The translations under genes and the position numbers were made by a program. A stretch of 64,000 bases of DNA from a virus. Positions 18,025 through 25,827 of the stretch are shown one piece after another. The notes under the pieces were generated by a model. That model saw only the letters and a list, made by a program, of their open reading frames with translations, was not told where the DNA came from and did not search any database. Positions within the stretch are counted from its first letter, which is position 1. Each line of letters begins with the position of its first letter. Where the stretch lies: positions 25,638 to 89,637 of IMG/VR virus record IMGVR_UViG_3300045988_132434; one strand, 5' to 3'.

Positions 18025-18483
18025 TTACTCTCCAGGCACCGTGAAATCTATCCACTTCACGTTAGGAAAAAACTGCTGATAGTTGTCCTTGGTAATGTCC
18101 TGCTCCCAGTCTGTACCATCCATGTACTCGATGGTAACGCTGACAGGAAGGGCACGCACTTTTTCCACACCGATATAGCCGGTCGTTGTCATGCGCTTAT
18201 ATTTCTTTCCTGGGTCAAACGGTCCTGTGCCCGACACGTTGCGCAGTTGTAAGTTGGGTGTCATGCCAGACGACACGTCGCCAACCTCATTCACGGCACA
18301 CCATTCCACTTTTACGTACTTTACCTGCTTTTCACCGTCACACGTAAAACCGACATGTAATGCCTTGGTGGTATAGAGCAGCGTCGGTTTGAGTTTGAAG
18401 GTAGAAAAGACTACCTGTGCTTGTGCTGCATGGGCAACGGTCAACATTGCCAACAGCGATAAACATCTACAAAATTTCTTCAT
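18025..18483 (-). CDS. secreted protein (signal peptide)
   Basis: N-terminus MKKFCRCLSLLAMLTVAHAAQAQ. Confidence 0.55.
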   Translation of the reverse strand: MKKFCRCLSLLAMLTVAHAAQAQVVFSTFKLKPTLLYTTKALHVGFTCDGEKQVKYVKVEWCAVNEVGDVSSGMTPNLQLRNVSGTGPFDPGKKYKRMTTTGYIGVEKVRALPVSVTIEYMDGTDWEQDITKDNYQQFFPNVKWIDFTVPGE

Positions 18484-18516
18484 GTTTTTAATATTTTAAT
18501 GCGTTAATAATTTATT

Positions 18517-20055
18517 TTATTCATTCAGCCCACCGAGCATCGGCATGAAGAGGATGGCAGCACCTATGAGTGCAAAACCTACCACACCCATGGCCATTGC
18601 CATTAGCACAGCCAGTCCGCCAGCCACTATCTTCTTCACGGCAGTTCCATTGCCGTGGTCTTCCTCCGCGTCTTCCTCTCGCAGCGTCGGTTCACCTACC
18701 TGGGGATAGTGGCGCACCTGTTGGGGTTCTATACTGTGATTGTCTTCAGAGGCTATAATAGGCTCGCTATCAACGGCCGGTCTGTTCTCGATGGTCGGCT
18801 TATTATCGATGGTCGGCTTATTATCGATGGTCGGCTTATTATCGATGGTCGGCTTATTCTCAGTAGTCGGTTCGTCCTCTACCTTACCATCCACACACAC
18901 GATAACGTCACCATGCAGACTAACCTCAATCTTGCAGCCCGGCACAAGGTCCTTCTGATTGAAGGTTTTCTCGCTTCCGCAGTTGGCATGGGCAAAAAGG
19001 TGTCCGTTCATCTCCACCTCGTCAAAGTCGGCGACATACGTCACCTTACCCGTCTTCTCGCCTACCGTGGTATGATGACCGCGATACGTGGTAATAGCCT
19101 TAAACACGGGGCGAAACTTAAACGCGCAGTTATACTTTGCGTCATGGTCTGTCTGTCCTATGCGGTCGTAATAGTCGTAGTTGTCAAACTTGAATACAAG
19201 GCCGTCGGTAGGGTAGGGCAGTGTCTCTCTCTCCACCTCGGCAGAGCACACAATGTTCTCGATGTCCTGCTCCAGTTCGGCATCCGGCTTATCCAGTTCT
19301 ATCTGCTCTATGAAACCGCAAGAGAGAAAGCCCCAATATCCCAGGTCGTCCATAGCGTAATAATGCGACGTAACATCGTTAGCAATTACGCGGAACGGAT
19401 GAAACTCCAGACGCTTGCACTCGTCAGCCACAGCCTCCTTTTTCGCCATGATACCGTTGCTTGTAGATCTTGGTGATTTGCCAGCCTTGCTATAACTGGC
19501 AAACTCATCGAGTGAGATAATCACCTCACCACGCACCTCCACGCGATCATCATCTTTCCATTGCTCCACATATTCCTCCACGCCATCCACATACTTCATG
19601 TGTTCCAGGCAGTCGATACCATACAGCTCTTTGCCATGTCCGTAAGTGGCCTCCGAGAGTGTTCCGCGACGATAAACAAGGCTCACGGTCTCTCCATCGA
19701 ATTTCCATTCTACATCCACCTTCGCACCCTTGCTGCTAATATTGGCAGCACGCTGCTGTGCTCTCAGATACTTCACCACCGCCTTGGCATCGTGCAACTT
19801 CTTCATCGAGAGGCAAGCCGCGCGACGTGCCACCGTGCGCTTTCCGTTGCCGTTCTCGCTGTAGCACTGCTGCGTTGGCGAGTCTTTCAGCACCTCGTCT
19901 GGGTGCTCTTCCTCATACGCTTGCAAAGCAAAGTACAGTGCGTCATATTCCTCGTCGCTGATAGTGGGAGCATTCAGGGCGAAATATCTGTAATCATGCA
20001 CCTTCACCTCGTCCACCATAGTGCGGTAGTCGTCGAAATTCTCAATTTGTTTCAT
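18517..20055 (-). CDS. NAD-dependent DNA ligase-like protein, truncated, with a C-terminal repeat and hydrophobic tail
   Basis: The N-terminal LigA Ia-domain pattern is present (HDYRYFALNAPTISDEEYDALYFALQAYEEEHPD...DSPTQ), as is the adenylation KxDG motif (EWKFDGETVSLVY). No Zn-finger, HhH or BRCT region is visible. Instead there are four NKPTID repeats and the hydrophobic end AGGLAVLMAMAMGVVGFALIGAAILFMPMLGG. Confidence 0.75.
   Translation of the reverse strand: MKQIENFDDYRTMVDEVKVHDYRYFALNAPTISDEEYDALYFALQAYEEEHPDEVLKDSPTQQCYSENGNGKRTVARRAACLSMKKLHDAKAVVKYLRAQQRAANISSKGAKVDVEWKFDGETVSLVYRRGTLSEATYGHGKELYGIDCLEHMKYVDGVEEYVEQWKDDDRVEVRGEVIISLDEFASYSKAGKSPRSTSNGIMAKKEAVADECKRLEFHPFRVIANDVTSHYYAMDDLGYWGFLSCGFIEQIELDKPDAELEQDIENIVCSAEVERETLPYPTDGLVFKFDNYDYYDRIGQTDHDAKYNCAFKFRPVFKAITTYRGHHTTVGEKTGKVTYVADFDEVEMNGHLFAHANCGSEKTFNQKDLVPGCKIEVSLHGDVIVCVDGKVEDEPTTENKPTIDNKPTIDNKPTIDNKPTIENRPAVDSEPIIASEDNHSIEPQQVRHYPQVGEPTLREEDAEEDHGNGTAVKKIVAGGLAVLMAMAMGVVGFALIGAAILFMPMLGGLNE
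18791..18862. repeat. 18-bp tandem repeat x4 inside the ligase gene
   Basis: ATGGTCGGCTTATTATCG is repeated head to tail and encodes (D/E)NKPTI units. Confidence 0.9.
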
Positions 20056-20095
20056 TGTCTATAAAGTATTAAAAATGGTCATGTTGTTGTGCTGT

Positions 20096-20371
20096 TTATT
20101 CTTTGTTGTCGTGCCAGAAGTGGGAGTACTGCACCATATCGATGGCTGTTCTCAGGTTGTCGTCAGGATAACATTCGGCATCCAGTTCGAGATACATGGG
20201 AATCTCCTTGCCAGATTTGAATCCGACCGTTACCACGTTCTCATCTTTCTCGTGGTAGTGGTAATAGGCCACTTCACGGGCGTCAAACGTGATGACATGA
20301 TCCTCAAGTGCTTCGTTCTTGCCTTCAAAAATTCTCGCTACGATAAATGGATAAACTTTCTTTGTCTTCAT
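20096..20371 (-). CDS. hypothetical protein (91 aa)
   Basis: Start set at MKTKKVYPF (ATG 20369-20371). The upstream part of the tracked ORF overlaps the neighbouring small gene. Confidence 0.45.
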   Translation of the reverse strand: MKTKKVYPFIVARIFEGKNEALEDHVITFDAREVAYYHYHEKDENVVTVGFKSGKEIPMYLELDAECYPDDNLRTAIDMVQYSHFWHDNKE

Positions 20372-20393
20372 AATGATTCTGTTTTTATAGTTA

Positions 20394-20573
20394 TTACTGT
20401 TGTTTCTGTTCCTGTGCCACTGCCATGATAGTGTGGATGGTGTCTGTGAGGTATTTGCCGCCACCGTGTGCCATAATCCACTCGTGTGCGTCGTCCGTCA
20501 CTACGTATTGTCGTCTATTACCTCCGATGGCAGGTCTGCCTGCCGATCGTGTCGTTTTCCTGCTCTTTTCCAT
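20394..20573 (-). CDS. small basic protein (59 aa), possible DNA-binding
   Basis: MEKSRKTTRSAGRPAIGGNRRQYVVTDDAHEWIMAHGGGKYL... This ORF is below the track cutoff. It is preceded by TATAGACT immediately before the ATG. Confidence 0.4.
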   Translation of the reverse strand: MEKSRKTTRSAGRPAIGGNRRQYVVTDDAHEWIMAHGGGKYLTDTIHTIMAVAQEQKQQ

Positions 20574-20584
20574 AGTCTATAATG

Positions 20585-21355
20585 TTAATATTTGCTATAT
20601 CTATAGTAATCACTAACGTCTTCAATGTATTTTTCTATAACGTCAAACGGCTGTTCCCAGGACATTCGGCGCATGATGTCTTTCAGGTCTTTGCACAAGG
20701 TTTCTTTGTCGCACGCTTCTTCCGCTTCTTCGGCAGACATAAGCATCTCGTGGAGTATTTGGTGAGGATAGTAATCCGCCATCTGGTCAGCCGGTACCAA
20801 CATACTCTCATCGTGGCAATCTGCTGTTGCTGTCACTTCGTACAGGTCCAGGAAGTCCATAGTGCCTCCGATACCGTTTCCGTTGTAGCGGAACTCCACA
20901 ACAATCGCACCTGTTATATCCTTATACGTATAGTCCACGTCTATGCAATCGTCCCAGTCGAAGTCCTTGACGTTGATAATGTCCTTGATGCTGTCGTCAA
21001 CGCTGTTACAGATCAGTGTGCCAGTCGGCAGACATAGTGATACCCGTGCGTTGAAGTCGTCCTCGTCGATTTTGTTCTGAAGGTGCGCAGTCTGTTCTTC
21101 GAGGTCTTTTTTTGCTGTCGTTTCGTCAAGGTAAAAGAACTGTGCATCTTCCAGTCGCTCCGTGACATTATAATCTGCGTCCAAATAGTCGCCTTCTAAC
21201 TCGTTGTCGTCTGTGATGAAGCATGTTGTTGCGTGGATATAGTAAGCATCAAATGTCTTCCCCTGATTGGCTTTCAGAAACTCGCAAAGTTCTTTCGCGC
21301 TGAAACGCTTATGCAGTATATCGCTCGATAATGTGTGATTATATGTAGCTGTCAT
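20585..21355 (-). CDS. acidic hypothetical protein
   Basis: The start, MTATYNH, lies immediately after a conserved 31-nt element. The sequence is rich in D and E. Confidence 0.5.
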   Translation of the reverse strand: MTATYNHTLSSDILHKRFSAKELCEFLKANQGKTFDAYYIHATTCFITDDNELEGDYLDADYNVTERLEDAQFFYLDETTAKKDLEEQTAHLQNKIDEDDFNARVSLCLPTGTLICNSVDDSIKDIINVKDFDWDDCIDVDYTYKDITGAIVVEFRYNGNGIGGTMDFLDLYEVTATADCHDESMLVPADQMADYYPHQILHEMLMSAEEAEEACDKETLCKDLKDIMRRMSWEQPFDVIEKYIEDVSDYYRYSKY

Positions 21356-21360
21356 AACGT

Positions 21361-21391
21361 AGTGACTTGACCGTGGTGTCGAGGGCTGAAT
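21361..21391 (-). repeat. conserved 31-nt leader element, copy 1
   Basis: Plus-strand AGTGACTTGACCGTGGTGTCGAGGGCTGAAT. It ends 5 nt before the start codon at 21355. Confidence 0.9.
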
Positions 21392-21395
21392 GATT

Positions 21396-21713
21396 TTACA
21401 ATTCAAACAAAATTCTTGGGATTCCATTGAATAAAACAGGCGACTCCTTCCAGTCTATTGTGACCCAGTTGTTATAGTCCGCAATCTCTATCTCGTTGGT
21501 GGGAAAACCACCCTGCCAGTCGTTGAGGAAATATGCCGTGCCGTCTTCATAGCAAACAAATGATGTTCTGCAAGACTCAGATGATACCAGGACGAGATAA
21601 GCACCTTCTTCGCTGAGTGACTGTATGTCGTCAATGGTGTACTCTACATGCTCTCCTGAGCAATTATATTCTGCCTGCTCTATGAGCCGCTTTGCCAGTT
21701 CTTTCGTAATCAT
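21396..21713 (-). CDS. hypothetical protein (105 aa)
   Basis: Clean ORF. Confidence 0.45.
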   Translation of the reverse strand: MITKELAKRLIEQAEYNCSGEHVEYTIDDIQSLSEEGAYLVLVSSESCRTSFVCYEDGTAYFLNDWQGGFPTNEIEIADYNNWVTIDWKESPVLFNGIPRILFEL

Positions 21714-21725
21714 AGTTGTTCCAGT

Positions 21726-22142
21726 TTATTTTCCAAAAATATCTTTCATATACTCATCGTTCTGTAAACTCACCTGCTCTGATGTAAGTTCTATATCAGA
21801 TTCCGCACTAAACGGATCAATGCCTTCAACGACCTTATATAAAGGTCCAACAAAAACCCTAAAGGCGTCTTCGTCGCTACTTGCTGTTATGTGGCATATC
21901 ACATAATAGGTTCCGTTCTTGTCGGTACATTCCAACCTTACAGACCTCAGAACCCTTCCGTCTGGATTTTCTCTAACCGATATACCAATATTCTCAAGTG
22001 TCTCTATCACCTTGTATCTTATCTCGATGGGGTATCGCAGGAGATTGGGCGCATGATGCACTATGCTGTCGAAGTCCACATATCCCTTTATCAGTTTCGC
22101 AAGCTGATCATCTGTCAGCGTAAGAACACAGCGTTTTTTCAT
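21726..22142 (-). CDS. hypothetical protein (138 aa)
   Basis: The start codon lies directly downstream of leader element copy 2. Confidence 0.5.
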   Translation of the reverse strand: MKKRCVLTLTDDQLAKLIKGYVDFDSIVHHAPNLLRYPIEIRYKVIETLENIGISVRENPDGRVLRSVRLECTDKNGTYYVICHITASSDEDAFRVFVGPLYKVVEGIDPFSAESDIELTSEQVSLQNDEYMKDIFGK

Positions 22143-22147
22143 AACAT

Positions 22148-22178
22148 AGTGACTTGACCGTGGTGTCGAGGGCTGAAT
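22148..22178 (-). repeat. conserved 31-nt leader element, copy 2
   Basis: Identical to copy 1 over 31 nt. Confidence 0.9.
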
Positions 22179-22183
22179 AGGTT

Positions 22184-22420
22184 TTACTCAGGTAGATAGT
22201 TATAATTGTCGTTCAGATAATTCTTCAACTCGTCAATTTGCTCTGTTGAAGGTTCATCGCCATCAAGTTCTGAATCATCGAACATATCAAACCAACCACA
22301 ATCCGCATTCTCGGATATTGTAATGATGTAGTCTGCGATAGACTTATATCCACCATCCTTTATATACTGAGCGTTGTCATGCGCAATGCTCTGTACGTAT
22401 GTATCAATAGATTTCCTCAT
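22184..22420 (-). CDS. small acidic protein (78 aa)
   Basis: D/E-rich, for example FDMFDDSELDGDEPSTEQIDEL. Confidence 0.45.
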   Translation of the reverse strand: MRKSIDTYVQSIAHDNAQYIKDGGYKSIADYIITISENADCGWFDMFDDSELDGDEPSTEQIDELKNYLNDNYNYLPE

Positions 22421-22483
22421 AATTTTAATTTGTTAATTTTGTTAAATGTTGTTATTGAATTATTGTTCAAGCGGAAAATCCAC

Positions 22484-22491
22484 TATCTTTG
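22484..22491 (+). promoter_or_regulatory. plus-strand Bacteroidota -7 box, TATCTTTG
   Basis: Perfect TAnnTTTG on the otherwise silent plus strand. Confidence 0.5.
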
Positions 22492-22497
22492 CACTTG

Positions 22498-22665
22498 TCT
22501 TCGGAGAACTTTTAATCGTACCATTATGGAATTGAAAGAAAAAACAACTTCCGTTGACCGTCAATTCTTCGGAATTGTGGATTCAAACGCTCACAAGAGC
22601 AAATTTCTACTATCGTAGATTCGAACCAGATGGCTCGCGTAGCCCGGCTTAGGTCGGGCTTTTTA
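22498..22665 (+). ncRNA. candidate ~170-nt plus-strand transcript (small RNA or 30-aa peptide mRNA)
   Basis: Bounded by the -7 box at 22484-22491 and the terminator at 22641-22665. It contains the hairpin CAATTC-TTCG-GAATTG with a UUCG tetraloop, and a 30-codon ORF at 22526-22618. Confidence 0.35.
22641..22665 (+). terminator. plus-strand rho-independent terminator
   Basis: AGCCCG / CGGGCT stem followed by TTTTT. Confidence 0.7.
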
Positions 22666-23241
22666 TTCCTCCTCTTCCATATCTTCCTCCTCGTTATCCA
22701 GGTTCTGATAATCGTCACTGTGATCAATCAAATCATCAAGAGCTGCCTTGAAGCTATATTCTTTCATCGCATAATATGCATCATCAAAATTTAAGTCGTC
22801 ATATTCATCAAAAGAACGCCAAATGTCGGGCGATTTTAAAATACCACCATCAGGGTCAATTTTGAAATTAAACCAATAACTATCTTTCTTGGCACCCATA
22901 AAGCTTATCTCATAGTCGCGATAATCTAATGCTATATAGCTTATCTCGTTTAAGAACTTAATACCTTCAGAATCGCCTGCTACTGCATAAATTTTACCAT
23001 CCTCGCCTAAGCGTAAGTCAAACCATGCTTTTTCTTCATTAGGTTTATACCATGCAGCAAAATCATCAGAAGAGTACCTAAAATAATCGAAATATGCCAA
23101 GACTTTATCATTTATCCAATCTTCATCAAAAAAGTCCTTTCCGAACTTTGAATATTTAGAGTCAGCTAATGGCAATCTTACGCTTAACAAACATTGAAGG
23201 TTATGATTTAGCCCATCCATAATCATATCGAATTTATTCAT
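22663..23241 (-). CDS. acidic hypothetical protein
   Basis: ATG at 23239-23241 directly follows leader element copy 3. The C-terminus is NLDNEEEDMEEEE. Confidence 0.5.
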   Translation of the reverse strand: MNKFDMIMDGLNHNLQCLLSVRLPLADSKYSKFGKDFFDEDWINDKVLAYFDYFRYSSDDFAAWYKPNEEKAWFDLRLGEDGKIYAVAGDSEGIKFLNEISYIALDYRDYEISFMGAKKDSYWFNFKIDPDGGILKSPDIWRSFDEYDDLNFDDAYYAMKEYSFKAALDDLIDHSDDYQNLDNEEEDMEEEE

Positions 23242-23245
23242 ACTC

Positions 23246-23276
23246 AATGACTTGACCGTGATGTCGAGGGCTGAAT
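23246..23276 (-). repeat. conserved 31-nt leader element, copy 3
   Basis: AATGACTTGACCGTGATGTCGAGGGCTGAAT. Differs from copies 1 and 2 at 2 positions. Confidence 0.85.
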
Positions 23277-23321
23277 GATTATTATATAGATTCTGTAGTT
23301 TTTCAGAGGCTCTATAAGTGA

Positions 23322-23963
23322 TTATTTTTCATCTTCCTCTTCCTCTTCATCGCTGAACCACTGATATATCTTCATGTTATCAATGATCTCGTCGATAGAC
23401 TCTGAGATAAAGCCTTTTTCCTCCAGCCGCACACGCACCTCGTCCTCTTCATCCTCAGTGTATTCATCGAAGTTGCCGCGCATTAAGGTGGTGCAGCCTT
23501 CCTGGGTAAACACCTCCATGTTGGAAGGATATACCTTTATATTGGTTGCCATCAACTTGCCGAGTGCGTGGCAAGCGTATGCCAGTACAGGCTTCTCTAC
23601 ATGCCCACCACGCTCCGCGGTGTCAAGTATCAGCTGATACTCATCATCGTCACAATCTTCAAGATAGCGCACGATGTCGGTGTCATATTCTGAATCCCAA
23701 TCAAGTGTTCCGGTCTCCGCTTCTATCTGGTCGCGTCCAGACAGGATAACATTACCACCGCTATCCACCAACTGCCAATCGCTATCCGGCAGTGGATTGC
23801 CGTTCTCGTCCTCACTAAAGACAATGGAGTCGCCGAAGCAATCCGACAAGTCGTTCACTGTGCCGACATAAATTTTGTTACCTGCATTGTGGAATTGTCC
23901 GCCACGTCCAATGTGGAAACGTACCTTCATGCTCTGAGCTTCTTCTAAGATTGTTGTATTCAT
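23322..23963 (-). CDS. acidic hypothetical protein
   Basis: Start set at MNTTILEE because a TACCTTTG box (24033-24040) overlaps the longer ORF start. The C-terminus is SDEEEEEDEK. Confidence 0.5.
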   Translation of the reverse strand: MNTTILEEAQSMKVRFHIGRGGQFHNAGNKIYVGTVNDLSDCFGDSIVFSEDENGNPLPDSDWQLVDSGGNVILSGRDQIEAETGTLDWDSEYDTDIVRYLEDCDDDEYQLILDTAERGGHVEKPVLAYACHALGKLMATNIKVYPSNMEVFTQEGCTTLMRGNFDEYTEDEEDEVRVRLEEKGFISESIDEIIDNMKIYQWFSDEEEEEDEK

Positions 23964-24032
23964 AATTATTTGCCGCTTATAGGTTGCCGCCCTGTTCTGA
24001 ATGGTTCTACTATTCGTTTCTTTTATCTGACG

Positions 24033-24040
24033 CAAAGGTA
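24033..24040 (-). promoter_or_regulatory. Bacteroidota -7 box (TACCTTTG on minus)
   Basis: Plus-strand CAAAGGTA lies about 70 nt upstream of the ATG at 23963. Confidence 0.55.
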
Positions 24041-24129
24041 GTACTTTTATTTGAAACTATCAAATAAATGACGCATTATTTCATGATTATTGCGTATTTT
24101 ATTATTTTCTTTACATTCTTCTGTCATAT

Positions 24130-24545
24130 TCCACAGGTTCACGGATTTCTCTGTCTGTCTTCCGTGTCGTCCGTGGTTTTTCACGTTGTCACTCCTTCGG
24201 GTGTCGATCCCTCGCAAGCCAGCCGTGGGGAGTGGTGGCGGCTGTTCGCTATCCTCACGGACGGCAAATCAGCCTAAAAACAAAATACAAAATACTTTAG
24301 ATTATCAAAAATAGTTCCCGTCGGCGGAGTCGAACCACCGTTTGAGCCGTGCCGAGCGCGGGATGGGGTGGGGGTGTCAGTTGGCAGAGTCACCATCTGA
24401 CTTGTCGTTGTCTGGTGCGCTGCGCAGCTTCTCCAAGGCCATTTGTCGCAAGATGTGTGCGTACATCCTCGCACAGGTTGACACGAGTCCTGGAACTTCT
24501 GAACCAGCTCCTGAATCTTCAGCGTTTTTTCTTTGTTCATAGTCT
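24130..24545 (-). ncRNA. GC-rich non-coding segment with a tRNA-like T-arm/acceptor element (function unknown)
   Basis: About 530 nt lie between flanking genes with no convincing ORF. On the minus strand, 24316-24339 reads GGTGG-TTCGACT-CCGCC-GACGGGA, which is T-arm plus 3' acceptor-like. There are several GC hairpins. Confidence 0.3.
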
Positions 24546-24570
24546 TCTGTTTTTTTATATGGTTCAATAA

Positions 24571-25197
24571 TTAAGCCATTACAACCTCCTTCATGTAGGC
24601 TGTGATGTCTATGCCGTCGCAGATACACCCGTATGCCTCGTGTTCAATATTCACGTTTGCTCCTATCCTGATAAACTCTGCCTTGACTATATAATAGAGC
24701 ATATAGAACAGATAGGCGGGTTGGCGGATTTCTTGATCGTCGAACAATCGGCTGGGCCACTGGTCGATGTCATTTGATAAATACGAGATGAAGCCATCGC
24801 GGCTCGTGTGATTCTCCTTGATCCATTTAGCCAACAGTTCACGGTGTTTTTCTATCTTCGCTATAATAGCATCTTCCGCAGCCTGTGTCAGTTGGATTTT
24901 CACACGGCATCGGTCGGTTTCCCACGCTGTGTAATATTGTGGTCTCACAACTTCCAGGAACTCCAGTTGTATGTCGTCACTGATGAACTCCCGCAGCCAG
25001 AGCTCCCACACCTGCGTATAGTTCTTGCAAATATCGTGCCGATATTCCTGGTAGTCAAAGGTAAAGTCAATATCTTCCTCCTGTCCCGTCCGCTCACATT
25101 CGTAGTATATTTCCGCGTCTGGCTCCCAGATCGAATCGTAAAATCCCGCAAAGCTCTGCAAGCAGCCTATTGTTTCATTTTTGAATATATTTGCCAT
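24571..25197 (-). CDS. hypothetical protein (208 aa)
   Basis: Clean ORF. Confidence 0.5.
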   Translation of the reverse strand: MANIFKNETIGCLQSFAGFYDSIWEPDAEIYYECERTGQEEDIDFTFDYQEYRHDICKNYTQVWELWLREFISDDIQLEFLEVVRPQYYTAWETDRCRVKIQLTQAAEDAIIAKIEKHRELLAKWIKENHTSRDGFISYLSNDIDQWPSRLFDDQEIRQPAYLFYMLYYIVKAEFIRIGANVNIEHEAYGCICDGIDITAYMKEVVMA

Positions 25198-25233
25198 AAT
25201 TCAGTCGTTTTTTTTAGGCAGTATAATATAGTA

Positions 25234-25521
25234 TTATCTAAGCTCGGACAATTCCAGGTGCCCATATATTAGCTTGTCCTGCAGATCACGCAAGAAGGTT
25301 GTGGCACATTCTCTCTTTTCATCCTCCTTGAACGTCAGAATCTGTTCCTCGCGCGACATACTTTCATCTTCATACGCGAATGTGCCGTCTTTAATGCCTT
25401 CTATAATGGTCTTATATAGTCGGCGGCAACTGGCCTTTATTGTCGCCCATGTGCCGTAAAGCTGAAAGGAGGCGTAAGACTTCCATTCGTCGCAGGTGTT
25501 TAGTATTATAATTCTTGCCAT
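25234..25521 (-). CDS. small hypothetical protein, paralogue A
   Basis: Aligns by eye with 25874-26158 (ILNTCDE.KS..SF.LYG.WA..KA..RRL...I..GI......YED......Q......D.......F...LQ.KLIYG..EL.E.R). Confidence 0.5.
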   Translation of the reverse strand: MARIIILNTCDEWKSYASFQLYGTWATIKASCRRLYKTIIEGIKDGTFAYEDESMSREEQILTFKEDEKRECATTFLRDLQDKLIYGHLELSELR

Positions 25522-25557
25522 AATTTTTTGTCGTTTTTTATAGGTTCTATAATATAT

Positions 25558-25827
25558 TTAATATAATATCTCGTTGTCCGCTGTAAGGATGATCTCTCGC
25601 GGATAAGAGTCGGGGCGTACCTCGCAACGTTCTGCAAACTTCCAGAGGTCGCCGCACTGTCGCTCATAGACCAACACACCCGCCGACTTTCTGAATGTGC
25701 GTGCCGCGGTCGTCATACCGCATTTCGCTGCCGTCATTTCCTGCGGAGTGCTCCACCATTTAGCTATAATCTTCAAGATCTTGCCACCGACACAAAGCAG
25801 GTAGGTGTATTCTTTTCTATTGTCCAT
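25558..25827 (-). CDS. hypothetical protein
   Basis: ATG at 25825-27 (MDNRKEY). The tracked start is a non-ATG codon. Confidence 0.45.
   Translation of the reverse strand: MDNRKEYTYLLCVGGKILKIIAKWWSTPQEMTAAKCGMTTAARTFRKSAGVLVYERQCGDLWKFAERCEVRPDSYPREIILTADNEILY

Noticed and set aside
18791-18862. Template/variable repeat of a diversity-generating retroelement
   Set aside because: It is a simple head-to-tail 18-bp tandem repeat inside one gene. There is no second diverged copy with adenine-specific differences, and no reverse transcriptase in the window.
22560-22640. tRNA in the plus-strand unit (TTCGAA-containing stretch at about 22626)
   Set aside because: The sequences flanking the TTCGAAC loop do not form a 5-bp T-stem on either strand.
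24316-24400. A complete tRNA gene on the minus strand
   Set aside because: Only a T-arm and a 3' acceptor strand can be drawn. There is no matching 5' acceptor strand (T-Y-Y-Y-G-T-Y) and no D-arm or anticodon arm within 100 nt. I kept it only as a tRNA-like stub in the findings.
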